DNA of 64,000 nucleotides from a virus: IMG/VR virus record IMGVR_UViG_3300045988_129191, positions 1 to 64,000 of that record; one strand, 5' to 3'. Shown piece by piece: positions 38,730 to 47,997 of this stretch (position 1 is its first letter; each line of letters starts with the position of its first letter). The notes under the pieces were generated by a model. It saw only the letters and a program-made list of their open reading frames with translations, ran no database searches and was not told where the DNA came from. The position numbers and the translations under genes were made by a program.

Positions 38730-38973
38730 TGAGATTGTATGTTTTATTGATATGTTCTCTATTTATCAAAAAATCCAATACAACGATGGTCAAGAAGAAC
38801 GAGTTTCTTTAGCAAATTTGCCTGGCTTCTTACCGCAGGTTTGTTCAGCAGAGAATATCAATAAAATTCATTTATATGGTGATACTATTTTTTGCAATGG
38901 TGTTGCTGATAAAATTAGAACAAGTGAAATTACAACATATGGAGAAAATAATTTAGAAATCGAGGTAAATTAA
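38719..38973 (+). CDS. Hypothetical protein (84 aa)
   Basis: ORF overlapping upstream end. Confidence 0.4.
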   Translation: MNSNEIVCFIDMFSIYQKIQYNDGQEERVSLANLPGFLPQVCSAENINKIHLYGDTIFCNGVADKIRTSEITTYGENNLEIEVN

Positions 38974-38976
38974 TTT

Positions 38977-39225
38977 ATGAATAAGTATTTAATTAACAAC
39001 ACATTAGTATTTAGAGTTCCAACAGTAGAAGACGCTTTAGCTTTAAGAGATGAACTTTCTGAAAATCCTTATGGTGAATTAACGAATTTTAGTTATACAA
39101 CTAAATATATTAAAGCTAAAGGTGAGATTATTGAAGAGTATCAGCTTGTAAAAGCTAAAATTGAATTTACTCCAGAAAAAGACCCAGAGCAGCATATTAA
39201 TGTTACTTATGAGGAGGGAATCTAA
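38977..39225 (+). CDS. Hypothetical protein (82 aa)
   Basis: ORF. Confidence 0.45.
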   Translation: MNKYLINNTLVFRVPTVEDALALRDELSENPYGELTNFSYTTKYIKAKGEIIEEYQLVKAKIEFTPEKDPEQHINVTYEEGI

Positions 39226-39226
39226 T

Positions 39227-39823
39227 TTGGCTAAATTTGAGTTAATTAAAAAATTTAAAGGCGAAAATGATTTACTTCCTAAAAGAAAAACTGTTGAATC
39301 TGCGGGCTATGATTTTGTTGTAGCAGAAGATACAGTTATTCTTCCATATCATTATCATTTTTCAAATCTTTCACAGAGTATTTTTAACGAGCTGATATCT
39401 AAAAAGCTTGAAGAAAAATATCTTGAAAGACCTATGACACTTGATAAAGTTGCTACTTTTACAAAACAAGCTAAAGCAAAACCAACATTAGTTCCAACAG
39501 GAGTCAAAGCTAAACTTGACCCTGGCACATACTTAGAACTTTCAGTTCGCAGCTCTTGTCCTCTTAAATATTGGTTGGTAATGGCTAATAGTGTAGGAAT
39601 TATAGATGGTGATTATTATAATAATCCAGATAATGAGGGACATATCTTTTTTCAGATGATTAATTTTTCCCCTGTTCCTATTATCTTAAAGAAAGGTGAC
39701 TGTATTGGTCAAGGTATTATTAAACCTTATTTAAAAACTGAGGATGATAATACAGTTGATTTGCGGGAAGGCGGTTTTGGTTCTACAGATGCGGCAAGTC
39801 AGCCAGTACTGCAAGAAGCTTAA
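39227..39823 (+). CDS. dut: dUTPase
   Basis: Motifs AGYD, RSS, GIIDGDY; TTG start with RBS GAGGAGGG preferred over upstream ATG 39161. Confidence 0.8.
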   Translation: MAKFELIKKFKGENDLLPKRKTVESAGYDFVVAEDTVILPYHYHFSNLSQSIFNELISKKLEEKYLERPMTLDKVATFTKQAKAKPTLVPTGVKAKLDPGTYLELSVRSSCPLKYWLVMANSVGIIDGDYYNNPDNEGHIFFQMINFSPVPIILKKGDCIGQGIIKPYLKTEDDNTVDLREGGFGSTDAASQPVLQEA

Positions 39824-40320
39824 TGAATCGATTACTTGCATTAGACCAAGCAAGTCGAATTTCAGGTTGGGCCTTCTTTAATGAAGGTCAACTTGAAGCT
39901 CATGGTAAATTTAATGCTACTCAAGAAGATATTGGGGAAAGACTTTTCTTCATTAAAAACGAAGTAAATAAACTTATTGAAGAATTTAATATTAATGAAG
40001 TAGCTTTTGAAGATATTCAACTTCAAGGAAATGTTACTAACAATGTTCAAACTTTTAAAGTTTTAGCAGAAGTGTTCGGAGTTATTTATGAATTAGTAAC
40101 AGAATTAAAAATACCAAATAGTGCAACTTTAGCAAGTGTATGGAAGTCCGCATTAAATATAAAAGGACGCACTCGTCCAGAGCAAAAAAGAAATGCTCAA
40201 CAATATGTTCTTGATACTTATGGAATAAAGGCTACCCAAGATGAGTGTGATGCAATTTGTATCGGGACATATATTGTTAATGAAAAAGCGAGAGAAAAGA
40301 TACATGACTGGTCTGATTAA
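39823..40320 (+). CDS. RuvC-like Holliday junction resolvase
   Basis: N-terminal LALDQASRISGWA (RuvC fold DxxS/G), C-terminal ECDAICIG acidic motif. Confidence 0.75.
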   Translation: MNRLLALDQASRISGWAFFNEGQLEAHGKFNATQEDIGERLFFIKNEVNKLIEEFNINEVAFEDIQLQGNVTNNVQTFKVLAEVFGVIYELVTELKIPNSATLASVWKSALNIKGRTRPEQKRNAQQYVLDTYGIKATQDECDAICIGTYIVNEKAREKIHDWSD

Positions 40321-40370
40321 AGAAAGTATTTTCTCTTTTTTTTCATTTCTTAAAAAGGAGAGAGAAAATT

Positions 40371-40745
40371 ATGTATACTTTAATTATAAATAATGGCGAA
40401 TTACAATGCCATATTAAAAGCTTTACAGAAGGCTTAGAATTAAAAGACTTGCCAGATAATTCTGGTAAGAAAGAAACTACAGCGGCTTTATATATTACTA
40501 CTTATATTTCCGCAGAGAACGGTGAAGGAGTAAATACTTTTGATAATATTAGTTTAGTAGATTTTCTTCCATATTTTAAAGTTGAAAATTCTATCAATAA
40601 TATAACTATAAAAGATGGAGAAAAAATAGTTTTTGAATCTACTAAATATACATCTATCTCAAATGCAAAAGGAGATTATGACCAAACCGCAGAAACTCCA
40701 GAATATTATATAGATATTTCTTTTCAGACAAATCCAAGACTTTAA
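40371..40745 (+). CDS. Hypothetical protein (124 aa) at the head of the radical-SAM locus
   Basis: RBS AAAAGGAGAGAG. Confidence 0.45.
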   Translation: MYTLIINNGELQCHIKSFTEGLELKDLPDNSGKKETTAALYITTYISAENGEGVNTFDNISLVDFLPYFKVENSINNITIKDGEKIVFESTKYTSISNAKGDYDQTAETPEYYIDISFQTNPRL

Positions 40746-40759
40746 AGAGAGGTGATTGA

Positions 40760-42001
40760 ATGGCAAGAATAGAATATACAGGTAAGCCAATTCAAGCCTC
40801 TACTATTAAAGACTATTATAATAGATTAGACGCTATTAGAACTTGGAATGGTAGATATTCTGCTATTTCTAACCGAGGAAGTGTTGGCGCTGGTGTTAGA
40901 ATCACCAGCGCGCAAGTTATGAATGAAATTTTTAAAAGCGTTGTAGATACAAAAAATACTGTTTCATTCGTAAATGGCGTTTCAATTTTAGTTCCTATTG
41001 GAGTTACTCAAGGTAGTTCCGCAATCGGAAAGAAATCTATGGCTCAAATTGAAAAAAGCATTGGAATGATGGAACAAGCTTGTCGAGAATATTTTTCAAG
41101 TAAGCGTAATGGTTTTAATAGTTCTAATTATGGTATTTTTGGAAGTTTTAGTTCCAATAGATCTGGATTTAATGGTACTAATAGAACTTCTAATAATACA
41201 AGTTTTAATGTAATTGGTAATAATTCCAATAGAAGTGGATATTTTAACGGTCATAGACAAGGCTATTGTGGAGGTAATAGAACTACTAATAATGCTACTA
41301 ATAGAAGTGGTTATAACAATGCTTTTAGAAGTGGACATCATCATACTTTTAATAGCGGATTTTTTAGTACTAAATGGGCATCCAATGACGGTTCAAATTT
41401 TAGTGCTTTTGGAGATAATAGTGCTAAGTTTTCAAAAGTCCACAATGGTAATAAAAGTGGATTTGCAACTGGAAAATATCACCATCATTATTCTTATTGG
41501 GTATTTAATTGGGCTGGTAATGGAAGTAAAGATGTTCAATTAACAGGTAATGCTATTAAAAGAGGTAATTTTAATGGACATAATGCCTCTAAGTTTTCTG
41601 GAAATGGAAAAAATAGCACTAATAGAACTACTGTAAATCATGCCAATAGAAGTCCTTTCCATAAAGGTGGTTATACTGCAAATAATGATACTAAGTATAC
41701 AGGACATACAATAGGTTGTTCTGGAAATAATGATAGTCATTTTTCCAGTGTAGGTACTACATGCGTAGGAGATAATGCTTCTAATTATAATGGACATGCA
41801 ACTGGATATGCGGGCTTTTTTACTTCTAATTGTCCTGTTAATGATGCGGCAAATGATTCCAGCGTAAACACTTGTCCAAGTAATTACTCCGGAGTATTTA
41901 GTAGTAATTATCAATCTGTTTGTCCAAGTAATTTTAGTAATGTTGATAGAAAATGCTTTACAGTCCATAGTAGTTACACTGTAGAAGGCGTTGATTTTTA
42001 G
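40760..42001 (+). CDS. Low-complexity Asn/Ser/Gly/aromatic-rich protein with Cys-rich C-terminus; candidate substrate of the downstream radical-SAM/SPASM enzymes
   Basis: ~115-aa ordinary N-terminal domain, then repeated NRSG(F/Y)N and NRT motifs, His runs, C-terminal repeated CPSN(Y/F)S; RBS AGAGAGGTG; opposite-strand ORFs in the track are shadows. Confidence 0.6.
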   Translation: MARIEYTGKPIQASTIKDYYNRLDAIRTWNGRYSAISNRGSVGAGVRITSAQVMNEIFKSVVDTKNTVSFVNGVSILVPIGVTQGSSAIGKKSMAQIEKSIGMMEQACREYFSSKRNGFNSSNYGIFGSFSSNRSGFNGTNRTSNNTSFNVIGNNSNRSGYFNGHRQGYCGGNRTTNNATNRSGYNNAFRSGHHHTFNSGFFSTKWASNDGSNFSAFGDNSAKFSKVHNGNKSGFATGKYHHHYSYWVFNWAGNGSKDVQLTGNAIKRGNFNGHNASKFSGNGKNSTNRTTVNHANRSPFHKGGYTANNDTKYTGHTIGCSGNNDSHFSSVGTTCVGDNASNYNGHATGYAGFFTSNCPVNDAANDSSVNTCPSNYSGVFSSNYQSVCPSNFSNVDRKCFTVHSSYTVEGVDF

Positions 42002-42027
42002 ATATATTTAAAGAGTAAAAGGAGTTA

Positions 42028-43455
42028 TTGATGATAGAAAATAATGATAAAATTTACTTTACAAATATAACATTATTTACTACAGCTTTGTGTAATCTTA
42101 ATTGTGGATATTGTTATATTTGTAAAGATGCTACTGGATGTTTAAAACAAATAGATGATGACCTTGCAAAAGACTTTGAAGAAGGAAGTCAAATCAAACA
42201 GGTATATGCTGTAGATCCAGAAGCAGACAAACATATTAAACATATTACTTTATGGGGAGGAGAGCCTTTCCTTCATCTGGAACGTTTTATAGACCATTTT
42301 GAAGAATACTTAAATGCTTTTCCAAACTTTAATGAAATAGATACTTCAACAAATTTTACTCTTCCAAATCAAATTGAATCTTTAAAGAAAATGTTTGATG
42401 CAATTATTAAACATTATCATGGTAATAAAAAATTTCATTTTGATCTTCAGGTCTCAATTGATGGGCCTGAAGAGATGAATGATTTTGGAAGAGGTAAAGG
42501 AGTTACTCAAAAATTCTTAAAGAATTTTAGAGATTTGTGCGAATTAGAATTTGATGATTCTAAAATTGATTTATTCGTTCATACTAAACCAACTTTTTCA
42601 AAACCTACATTTCATTTTGTAGATACACCAGAAAAAGCATATGAATGGTTTGAATTTTTTGATAAAGAAATGTATCAATACTATAAAAACAGAAAAACTA
42701 AAAAATGGTTTTTCTTACCATGTCTTTTTAATTATGCAACTCCAGCAGAATGGACAAAAGAAGATGGGCTTGAAGTGGCAAAAATCTATCGTTCAATTCA
42801 AGAAGTAACACCAAAAATAAAACAATTGGATGGATGGATTCCAAACTATGAAACATATATTCCAGGCGTAGAATTTTTATTAGGTAGATTAAAAGACGAT
42901 AATTCATTTAATAAAAAGAAATGTTTAGATTGTTCTAAGCCGTTCTGCGGCGGAGGATGTGGTTCATTTTCTCATGTAGTAGTTCCTATTCATGATGGTA
43001 AATATACTATGTGTCATAGAGGTATGTTTGATGATTATGTTGACTATCATAACAATATGAAAGACCATGCTGATATGAATGGACTTGCCGCAAAATATGT
43101 TCAAACAAATAATGAATCTGCTTGGATTTATGATAAAGACCAATTCTTAAATCTTAAAAAGACTTTTGATAATCTTATTTTATATCCTCATCAAATTTTT
43201 TATACAGATTATGTTAAATTCGTATATGAATATGCAAAAGCAGGTATCATTGATGAAAAATGGACTGATATGAGTAAGATTGATAAAACGGTAGCTATTT
43301 TCGTTGATAAATCATGTTGTTTACAAGATTCATATATTATTACTGGCTCTTGGATAACATCAAATCCATTAGAAATTCCATTGTGGTATAATGGAGCTAT
43401 GGATGTGGTTGAAGAAGAAATTGACAGAATAATGGCGGAAAGAGGTATAGTATGA
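42028..43455 (+). CDS. Radical SAM enzyme with C-terminal SPASM domain (anSME/peptide-maturase-like), copy 1
   Basis: CNLNCGYC (CxxxCxxC) at aa 22-29; C-terminal CLDCSKPFCGGGCG (Cx2Cx5Cx3C). Confidence 0.85.
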   Translation: MMIENNDKIYFTNITLFTTALCNLNCGYCYICKDATGCLKQIDDDLAKDFEEGSQIKQVYAVDPEADKHIKHITLWGGEPFLHLERFIDHFEEYLNAFPNFNEIDTSTNFTLPNQIESLKKMFDAIIKHYHGNKKFHFDLQVSIDGPEEMNDFGRGKGVTQKFLKNFRDLCELEFDDSKIDLFVHTKPTFSKPTFHFVDTPEKAYEWFEFFDKEMYQYYKNRKTKKWFFLPCLFNYATPAEWTKEDGLEVAKIYRSIQEVTPKIKQLDGWIPNYETYIPGVEFLLGRLKDDNSFNKKKCLDCSKPFCGGGCGSFSHVVVPIHDGKYTMCHRGMFDDYVDYHNNMKDHADMNGLAAKYVQTNNESAWIYDKDQFLNLKKTFDNLILYPHQIFYTDYVKFVYEYAKAGIIDEKWTDMSKIDKTVAIFVDKSCCLQDSYIITGSWITSNPLEIPLWYNGAMDVVEEEIDRIMAERGIV

Positions 43456-44846
43456 CATTTCAAGAGCAGCAAGATTTACTTTTAGAAAATTATTTATTTA
43501 GATATGATAAAGATGAAGCTTCTGTTGAATTTATCATTACATCTATATGCAACCAAAAATGCGAGTATTGTTATTTATATAGATACGGTAATGAGATGTA
43601 TCCTCCAGAAGCCAATAAAAAAGAAAACATTCTTAGAAATTTAGCATTGTTGTTAGATTGGTTAGATGAGAATGGATATAAATATACAACCTTTGATATT
43701 TTCTCAGGAGAATTTTTTCAGATTCCTTATTGGGAAGAAATCTTAGATGTTTTTTATGAGCATCAAATAAACACTCCTAATATTCCATCAAGAGATTTTG
43801 TTATTCCTACCAATATGTCTTTTCTTATGGATGAAGAGAAAACTGCAAGAGTCGAATATTGGATAAATAGAGTTAGAAATGATACAAAACATTTTAATGG
43901 CTTTTGGTTGAGTGCTTCAGTAGATGGACCAACAGAATTAGAATCTGTTGAAAGAGGATTAAGAAACGGTCAAACGAAACAAGATTCATTTTATGATAAA
44001 TTTTTCAAGTTTATTGCGAAGTATTCTTTTTCTTGTCATCCTATGATTACAAAAGAATTTGTTAAAGATTATAAACGTAATTATGATTGGTGGATTGATA
44101 ATCTTATTAAATATAATGCTACATTTAAAAAAGAGAATGGATATGAAGTATGCTCAATTCCAATGATGTTAGAGGTTAGAAATGCAGAACAATGGGATAA
44201 AGAGTCTTTACAAAATTATAGAGATTTTCTTTTCTATGTAGCAGAAAAAGATTTGAATACACTTCATAAAGGAGATTTAACTGATTTTGCATATCATATG
44301 GCAGATAACTTCTCTGATGGAATGATGAATATTGGAACATATAATCATGTGCAGCCATATATATTAGCTCTTCCAGAAGTACAACATAGAATGCCATGTT
44401 CAATTCAAGGCGGTACAATTTTCAGAGTTGGAGATTTAGCAGTTGTACCTTGTCATAGAACTTGTTATCCAGATAAAGTCTATGGATTCCTTAAATTAAA
44501 TAAAGACAAAACTAAAATTGTTGGGGTTTATGGAGAAAATCCTATGCTTGCATATAAGATTAAAACTATTAATCAGAATCGTTCTTTTATGAAATGTGCG
44601 GGCTGTCCTATTAAAAGCTTTTGTATGAAAGGTTGTTTAGGAGCACAATATGAAGATAGAAAAGAATTATTTTGTGCTATCGACGAAGTGTGTGAGATGT
44701 TTAAAACTAAATATCGTACTGTTAATGATATAGCTGAAAAATATGGCGTTTATGATATTATTTTAAATGATTTAAAAATCTCAAAAGAGAGAAGGGAGTT
44801 CATAAAATATGCAAGAGATATTATCAACAGATGCTTGTATGACTGA
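43452..44846 (+). CDS. Radical SAM enzyme with C-terminal SPASM domain, copy 2
   Basis: CNQKCEYC near N-terminus; C-terminal CAGCPIKSFCMKGC; ATGA overlap with copy 1. Confidence 0.85.
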   Translation: MTFQEQQDLLLENYLFRYDKDEASVEFIITSICNQKCEYCYLYRYGNEMYPPEANKKENILRNLALLLDWLDENGYKYTTFDIFSGEFFQIPYWEEILDVFYEHQINTPNIPSRDFVIPTNMSFLMDEEKTARVEYWINRVRNDTKHFNGFWLSASVDGPTELESVERGLRNGQTKQDSFYDKFFKFIAKYSFSCHPMITKEFVKDYKRNYDWWIDNLIKYNATFKKENGYEVCSIPMMLEVRNAEQWDKESLQNYRDFLFYVAEKDLNTLHKGDLTDFAYHMADNFSDGMMNIGTYNHVQPYILALPEVQHRMPCSIQGGTIFRVGDLAVVPCHRTCYPDKVYGFLKLNKDKTKIVGVYGENPMLAYKIKTINQNRSFMKCAGCPIKSFCMKGCLGAQYEDRKELFCAIDEVCEMFKTKYRTVNDIAEKYGVYDIILNDLKISKERREFIKYARDIINRCLYD

Positions 44847-45492
44847 TGAGAATGTAGAAGTTTCTATTTTTGATTTAACTCAAGACATTATGTTTAAAAA
44901 GCAATTTGCATTAATAGATGAATTAGATTTTAGACTTGGTCAAGTTAATGATGAAGATGATGTACTTGAATCAGCCAGGTTAAAAATTTATTATATTTAT
45001 TATTTCATGTTTGATGATAAAGAAAAAGAATATTTCACTCATATAAAGAATTTTATTATTGCGTCTAATAACAAGTTAATTAAACGAATTAAAAATAGCA
45101 CTGTTGAAGGCTTCCTTGATGAAGATACAAATACGATTGAAGAAGTCCATTTGAATAAACTATTTTTAGTTCTTTTGAAAGAATACGCTCCAGAGTTAAG
45201 ATATACAGATTATAAAGATGATGTTTTATCCAATATAAATCAGTATATTTATCTTTTAAATGAAACTTATTTTGATGATTTTAGTTTGTTTCAAGATAAT
45301 GTGTTATATGGAATCTGTATTGGAAAATCTATAGTTGATTATAAAAAGTTCTTGAGTCCTGCAGAATGGGATAGATTTCAATATAGTTTTTATCATTTGT
45401 TTTATAGTATTCAAGAATTTCCAACAGACGATGAAATATTAGATATTGAAAAAGATATTGAAGATAAAGTAGACCTTCTTTATGTAAAATAA
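44809..45492 (+). CDS. Acidic hypothetical protein (227 aa) in radical-SAM locus
   Basis: RBS GGGAG; overlaps upstream gene by 38 nt. Confidence 0.5.
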   Translation: MQEILSTDACMTDENVEVSIFDLTQDIMFKKQFALIDELDFRLGQVNDEDDVLESARLKIYYIYYFMFDDKEKEYFTHIKNFIIASNNKLIKRIKNSTVEGFLDEDTNTIEEVHLNKLFLVLLKEYAPELRYTDYKDDVLSNINQYIYLLNETYFDDFSLFQDNVLYGICIGKSIVDYKKFLSPAEWDRFQYSFYHLFYSIQEFPTDDEILDIEKDIEDKVDLLYVK

Positions 45493-45523
45493 TGAAAAGT
45501 AAAGAGTAAAAGGAGTATAGTAA

Positions 45524-46315
45524 ATGATTTTTATATTGCCATCTATTTATTATAATTTTGAAGATAATATAAATATTTTAAATATGTATAGCAATACAGT
45601 GAAAATCAAAGGTATTGAGGGTAATTTCCCGTCTAACATTATGTGCGGCGGGATTAACGCCCTTGACACCAGATATTTTGCACTGTATGATGATATTGTA
45701 GGTTGTGTAGATAGTTATCCTATAACATCTAAAATGTTATTTGTTGATTGCGGCAACCTCTTTCTAAATGAAAAAGAATATCTAAATCGTTTTGATAAGA
45801 TATTATTTGAAGAATGGGAAAATAATAATTCTACATATTATGAAATTGCTGATTTTAATTTGATTGATTATGTAGTAAAACGTTATCCTAATATTCAAAT
45901 TGCGTTGCATCAAAATGCTTTATTAAAATATAGTTTAAAAGAGATTCAAGATAAAATTGATAGCTGTAAAAATATTAAATACATAATTTTATCAAGACGT
46001 TATGCTCATTTAAAAATAAAAGGTGTCCAAAAAATTTATTTAATGAGTTTTACAAAATGTAAGGATTGTGTAAATTACTGTGATTGTTTATTTGAAGAGT
46101 CTCATAGTATATTGGAATATAGCGGCAAGTCTACATTTAGAAAATGTACTCAAAGGTTTTATAAAGATGATGATGAATTTTTTGAAGAATATAGAAATAT
46201 TCCAAAAGATTTCTCATATGTTTTATTTGATAATATTATTCCAGAAGAGACAAATGAATGCTATACATTAATGATTAATTTATTCGAGAGAGGGCTTAAA
46301 AATGATTTATTATAA
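45524..46315 (+). CDS. Cys-rich hypothetical protein (CKDCVNYCDC), paralog of next ORF
   Basis: RBS AAAAGGAG; N-terminal and central similarity to ORF 46302. Confidence 0.5.
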   Translation: MIFILPSIYYNFEDNINILNMYSNTVKIKGIEGNFPSNIMCGGINALDTRYFALYDDIVGCVDSYPITSKMLFVDCGNLFLNEKEYLNRFDKILFEEWENNNSTYYEIADFNLIDYVVKRYPNIQIALHQNALLKYSLKEIQDKIDSCKNIKYIILSRRYAHLKIKGVQKIYLMSFTKCKDCVNYCDCLFEESHSILEYSGKSTFRKCTQRFYKDDDEFFEEYRNIPKDFSYVLFDNIIPEETNECYTLMINLFERGLKNDLL

Positions 46316-47300
46316 TTTACCTGGATTTTATGAACACTTTACTTTAAATAAGTTTATTTTAGAATTACATGAAACCAATCCTGAATATTTCAGAGATGGA
46401 ATTAAGATTGCTACTTTCTTTGGTAATTTCCCATTCTGTACTTGGGATGGCGGCAGAAACTTTCCATTTTATCGTCAAATCACAAAAGAGGAAATTGAAA
46501 AGATTAGAGATTTTTATAAATTCTATAATATTCCTATGAGATTAATTTTTACCAATTCCGCAATCGAAGAAGAAGATTTATATGATCCATTTTGTAATCT
46601 TCAAATGAGATTACTTGAAGATGGTAATAACGAAGTTGTTGTAAATTCTCCTCTTTTGGAACAGTATTTAAGAGAGACTTATCCAGATTTTAAATATATT
46701 AGTTCTACAACTAAATGTCTAAATAAGGAGAAATTTCTTAAAGAACTTCAAAATCCAGATTATTATCAAGTTTGCTTAGATTATAATTTGAATAAAAATA
46801 TGGATATGCTTGAGAATATTCCTCAAGAGCTACGAAACAAATGTGAGTTTTTATCAAATGCAATTTGTCATAGTCATTGCCCTGTTAGAAAATCACATTA
46901 TCTCGACACCAGTAAAACTAATTTAACATATGGCAGACACAAATACAGTATTACCGCAAAATGTCAAATTAAAGGTGGTATTAATGATCCTGATACTCTT
47001 GGAAAACAAAATAATTTGACTTGGGAAAATATTCAAGAATATAATTCAATGGGATATAAATATTTTAAATTTGAAGGAAGAACATTGCCAAGCGCAGATA
47101 TTTTTGCTAATTATTTATACTATTTATTTAAACCTGAATATATTCCAACTATTGTGAGTCAATCCTCATATGTACCAGGGATATTCTTTAACAACCCTAA
47201 TTCTCAGTTCTATTTAGATATGGTAAAAAGAACTGATGCATCTTTAGAGGCAGATAATGGTGTAGATGCAAATGAATGTGTCATGAGTTGGCCATTCTAA
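46302..47300 (+). CDS. Cys-rich hypothetical protein (Cx8Cx3C...C), paralog of previous ORF
   Basis: RBS GAGAGGG; shares LP..YY.F and YL...YP(N/D) segments with ORF 45524. Confidence 0.5.
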   Translation: MIYYNLPGFYEHFTLNKFILELHETNPEYFRDGIKIATFFGNFPFCTWDGGRNFPFYRQITKEEIEKIRDFYKFYNIPMRLIFTNSAIEEEDLYDPFCNLQMRLLEDGNNEVVVNSPLLEQYLRETYPDFKYISSTTKCLNKEKFLKELQNPDYYQVCLDYNLNKNMDMLENIPQELRNKCEFLSNAICHSHCPVRKSHYLDTSKTNLTYGRHKYSITAKCQIKGGINDPDTLGKQNNLTWENIQEYNSMGYKYFKFEGRTLPSADIFANYLYYLFKPEYIPTIVSQSSYVPGIFFNNPNSQFYLDMVKRTDASLEADNGVDANECVMSWPF

Positions 47301-47370
47301 TAGAATAGACCCTTCTTATTTTTTAAAATTCTTAGAGAGAAAGTTTAGAAAATAAGGAGGGCTTTTAACT

Positions 47371-47955
47371 ATGCTGGAAACAATTGGATCAATTGCTTTA
47401 AAGTATTGGGTTGAACTTATTTTAGGTTTGATTGTAACTGGCGGCGGTTTTTTAATAAAACGTTATTTAAGACTTGAAAAAGAAGAACGTCAAAGAGAGC
47501 AAAAAGAATATTTTGATAATGTGCTTAAAAAGATTCAAAGTGAAAATCAACAGGTACTAAAGTCTTTAGAAAAAGAACATGATAAGATGAATCAAAATTC
47601 TGAAGATAAGTATGATGAAATTAATACCAAAGTTGATAAAGCTTTAGAAGCAGGTCGGGAAGAATCTAAATCTGATGATGCGGTTCTTGAAAAAGAAATT
47701 TCAGCATTAGAAAAAAATATTACAGCTTTGACCGCAGGCGTTTTATCAATGCAAGGAAAAGAGTTTAGAAATAATTGTAGAAAACTTTTAGCTGAAGATC
47801 ATGTTATTACTCTTGATGAATGGGAAGAATTAGATAAAGATCATATGGCCTATAATGGGATGGGTGGCAATCATAAAGGAGACCATTTATTTTCATTGGT
47901 AAAAAAGAAAGTCGAAGCTGGATTTGCAGAAGACCAACGTCCAAAAGAAGAATAA
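47371..47955 (+). CDS. Membrane-anchored coiled-coil protein
   Basis: RBS AAGGAGGG; N-terminal TM segment then charged coiled coil. Confidence 0.5.
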   Translation: MLETIGSIALKYWVELILGLIVTGGGFLIKRYLRLEKEERQREQKEYFDNVLKKIQSENQQVLKSLEKEHDKMNQNSEDKYDEINTKVDKALEAGREESKSDDAVLEKEISALEKNITALTAGVLSMQGKEFRNNCRKLLAEDHVITLDEWEELDKDHMAYNGMGGNHKGDHLFSLVKKKVEAGFAEDQRPKEE

Positions 47956-47997
47956 AAAAGAGGGGATAGAATTAAATTCTATCCCCTATTATTTTTT
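47953..47997. terminator. Bidirectional intrinsic terminator AGGGGATAGAATT-aa-ATTCTATCCCCT between convergent blocks
   Basis: A-run upstream and T-run downstream; sits between plus-strand stop 47955 and minus-strand stop 47979. Confidence 0.8.

Noticed and set aside
41096-41968. Three ORFs (41096-41344 minus, 41214-41543 plus, 41540-41968 minus) rich in Ile/Thr/Ser
   Set aside because: They are frame shadows of the codon-repetitive low-complexity region of the 413-aa gene (40760-42001). Their proteins are pure low complexity with no starts or RBS of their own.
45524-47300. Assigning the two Cys-rich paralogs to the peptidase U32 (UbiU/UbiV, RlhA) Fe-S family
   Set aside because: The U32 N-terminal ELLxPAG...GADAVY signature and PROSITE-type Cys motif are not present. 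Only a loose resemblance of Cys spacing remains, so they are left as an unrecognised family.
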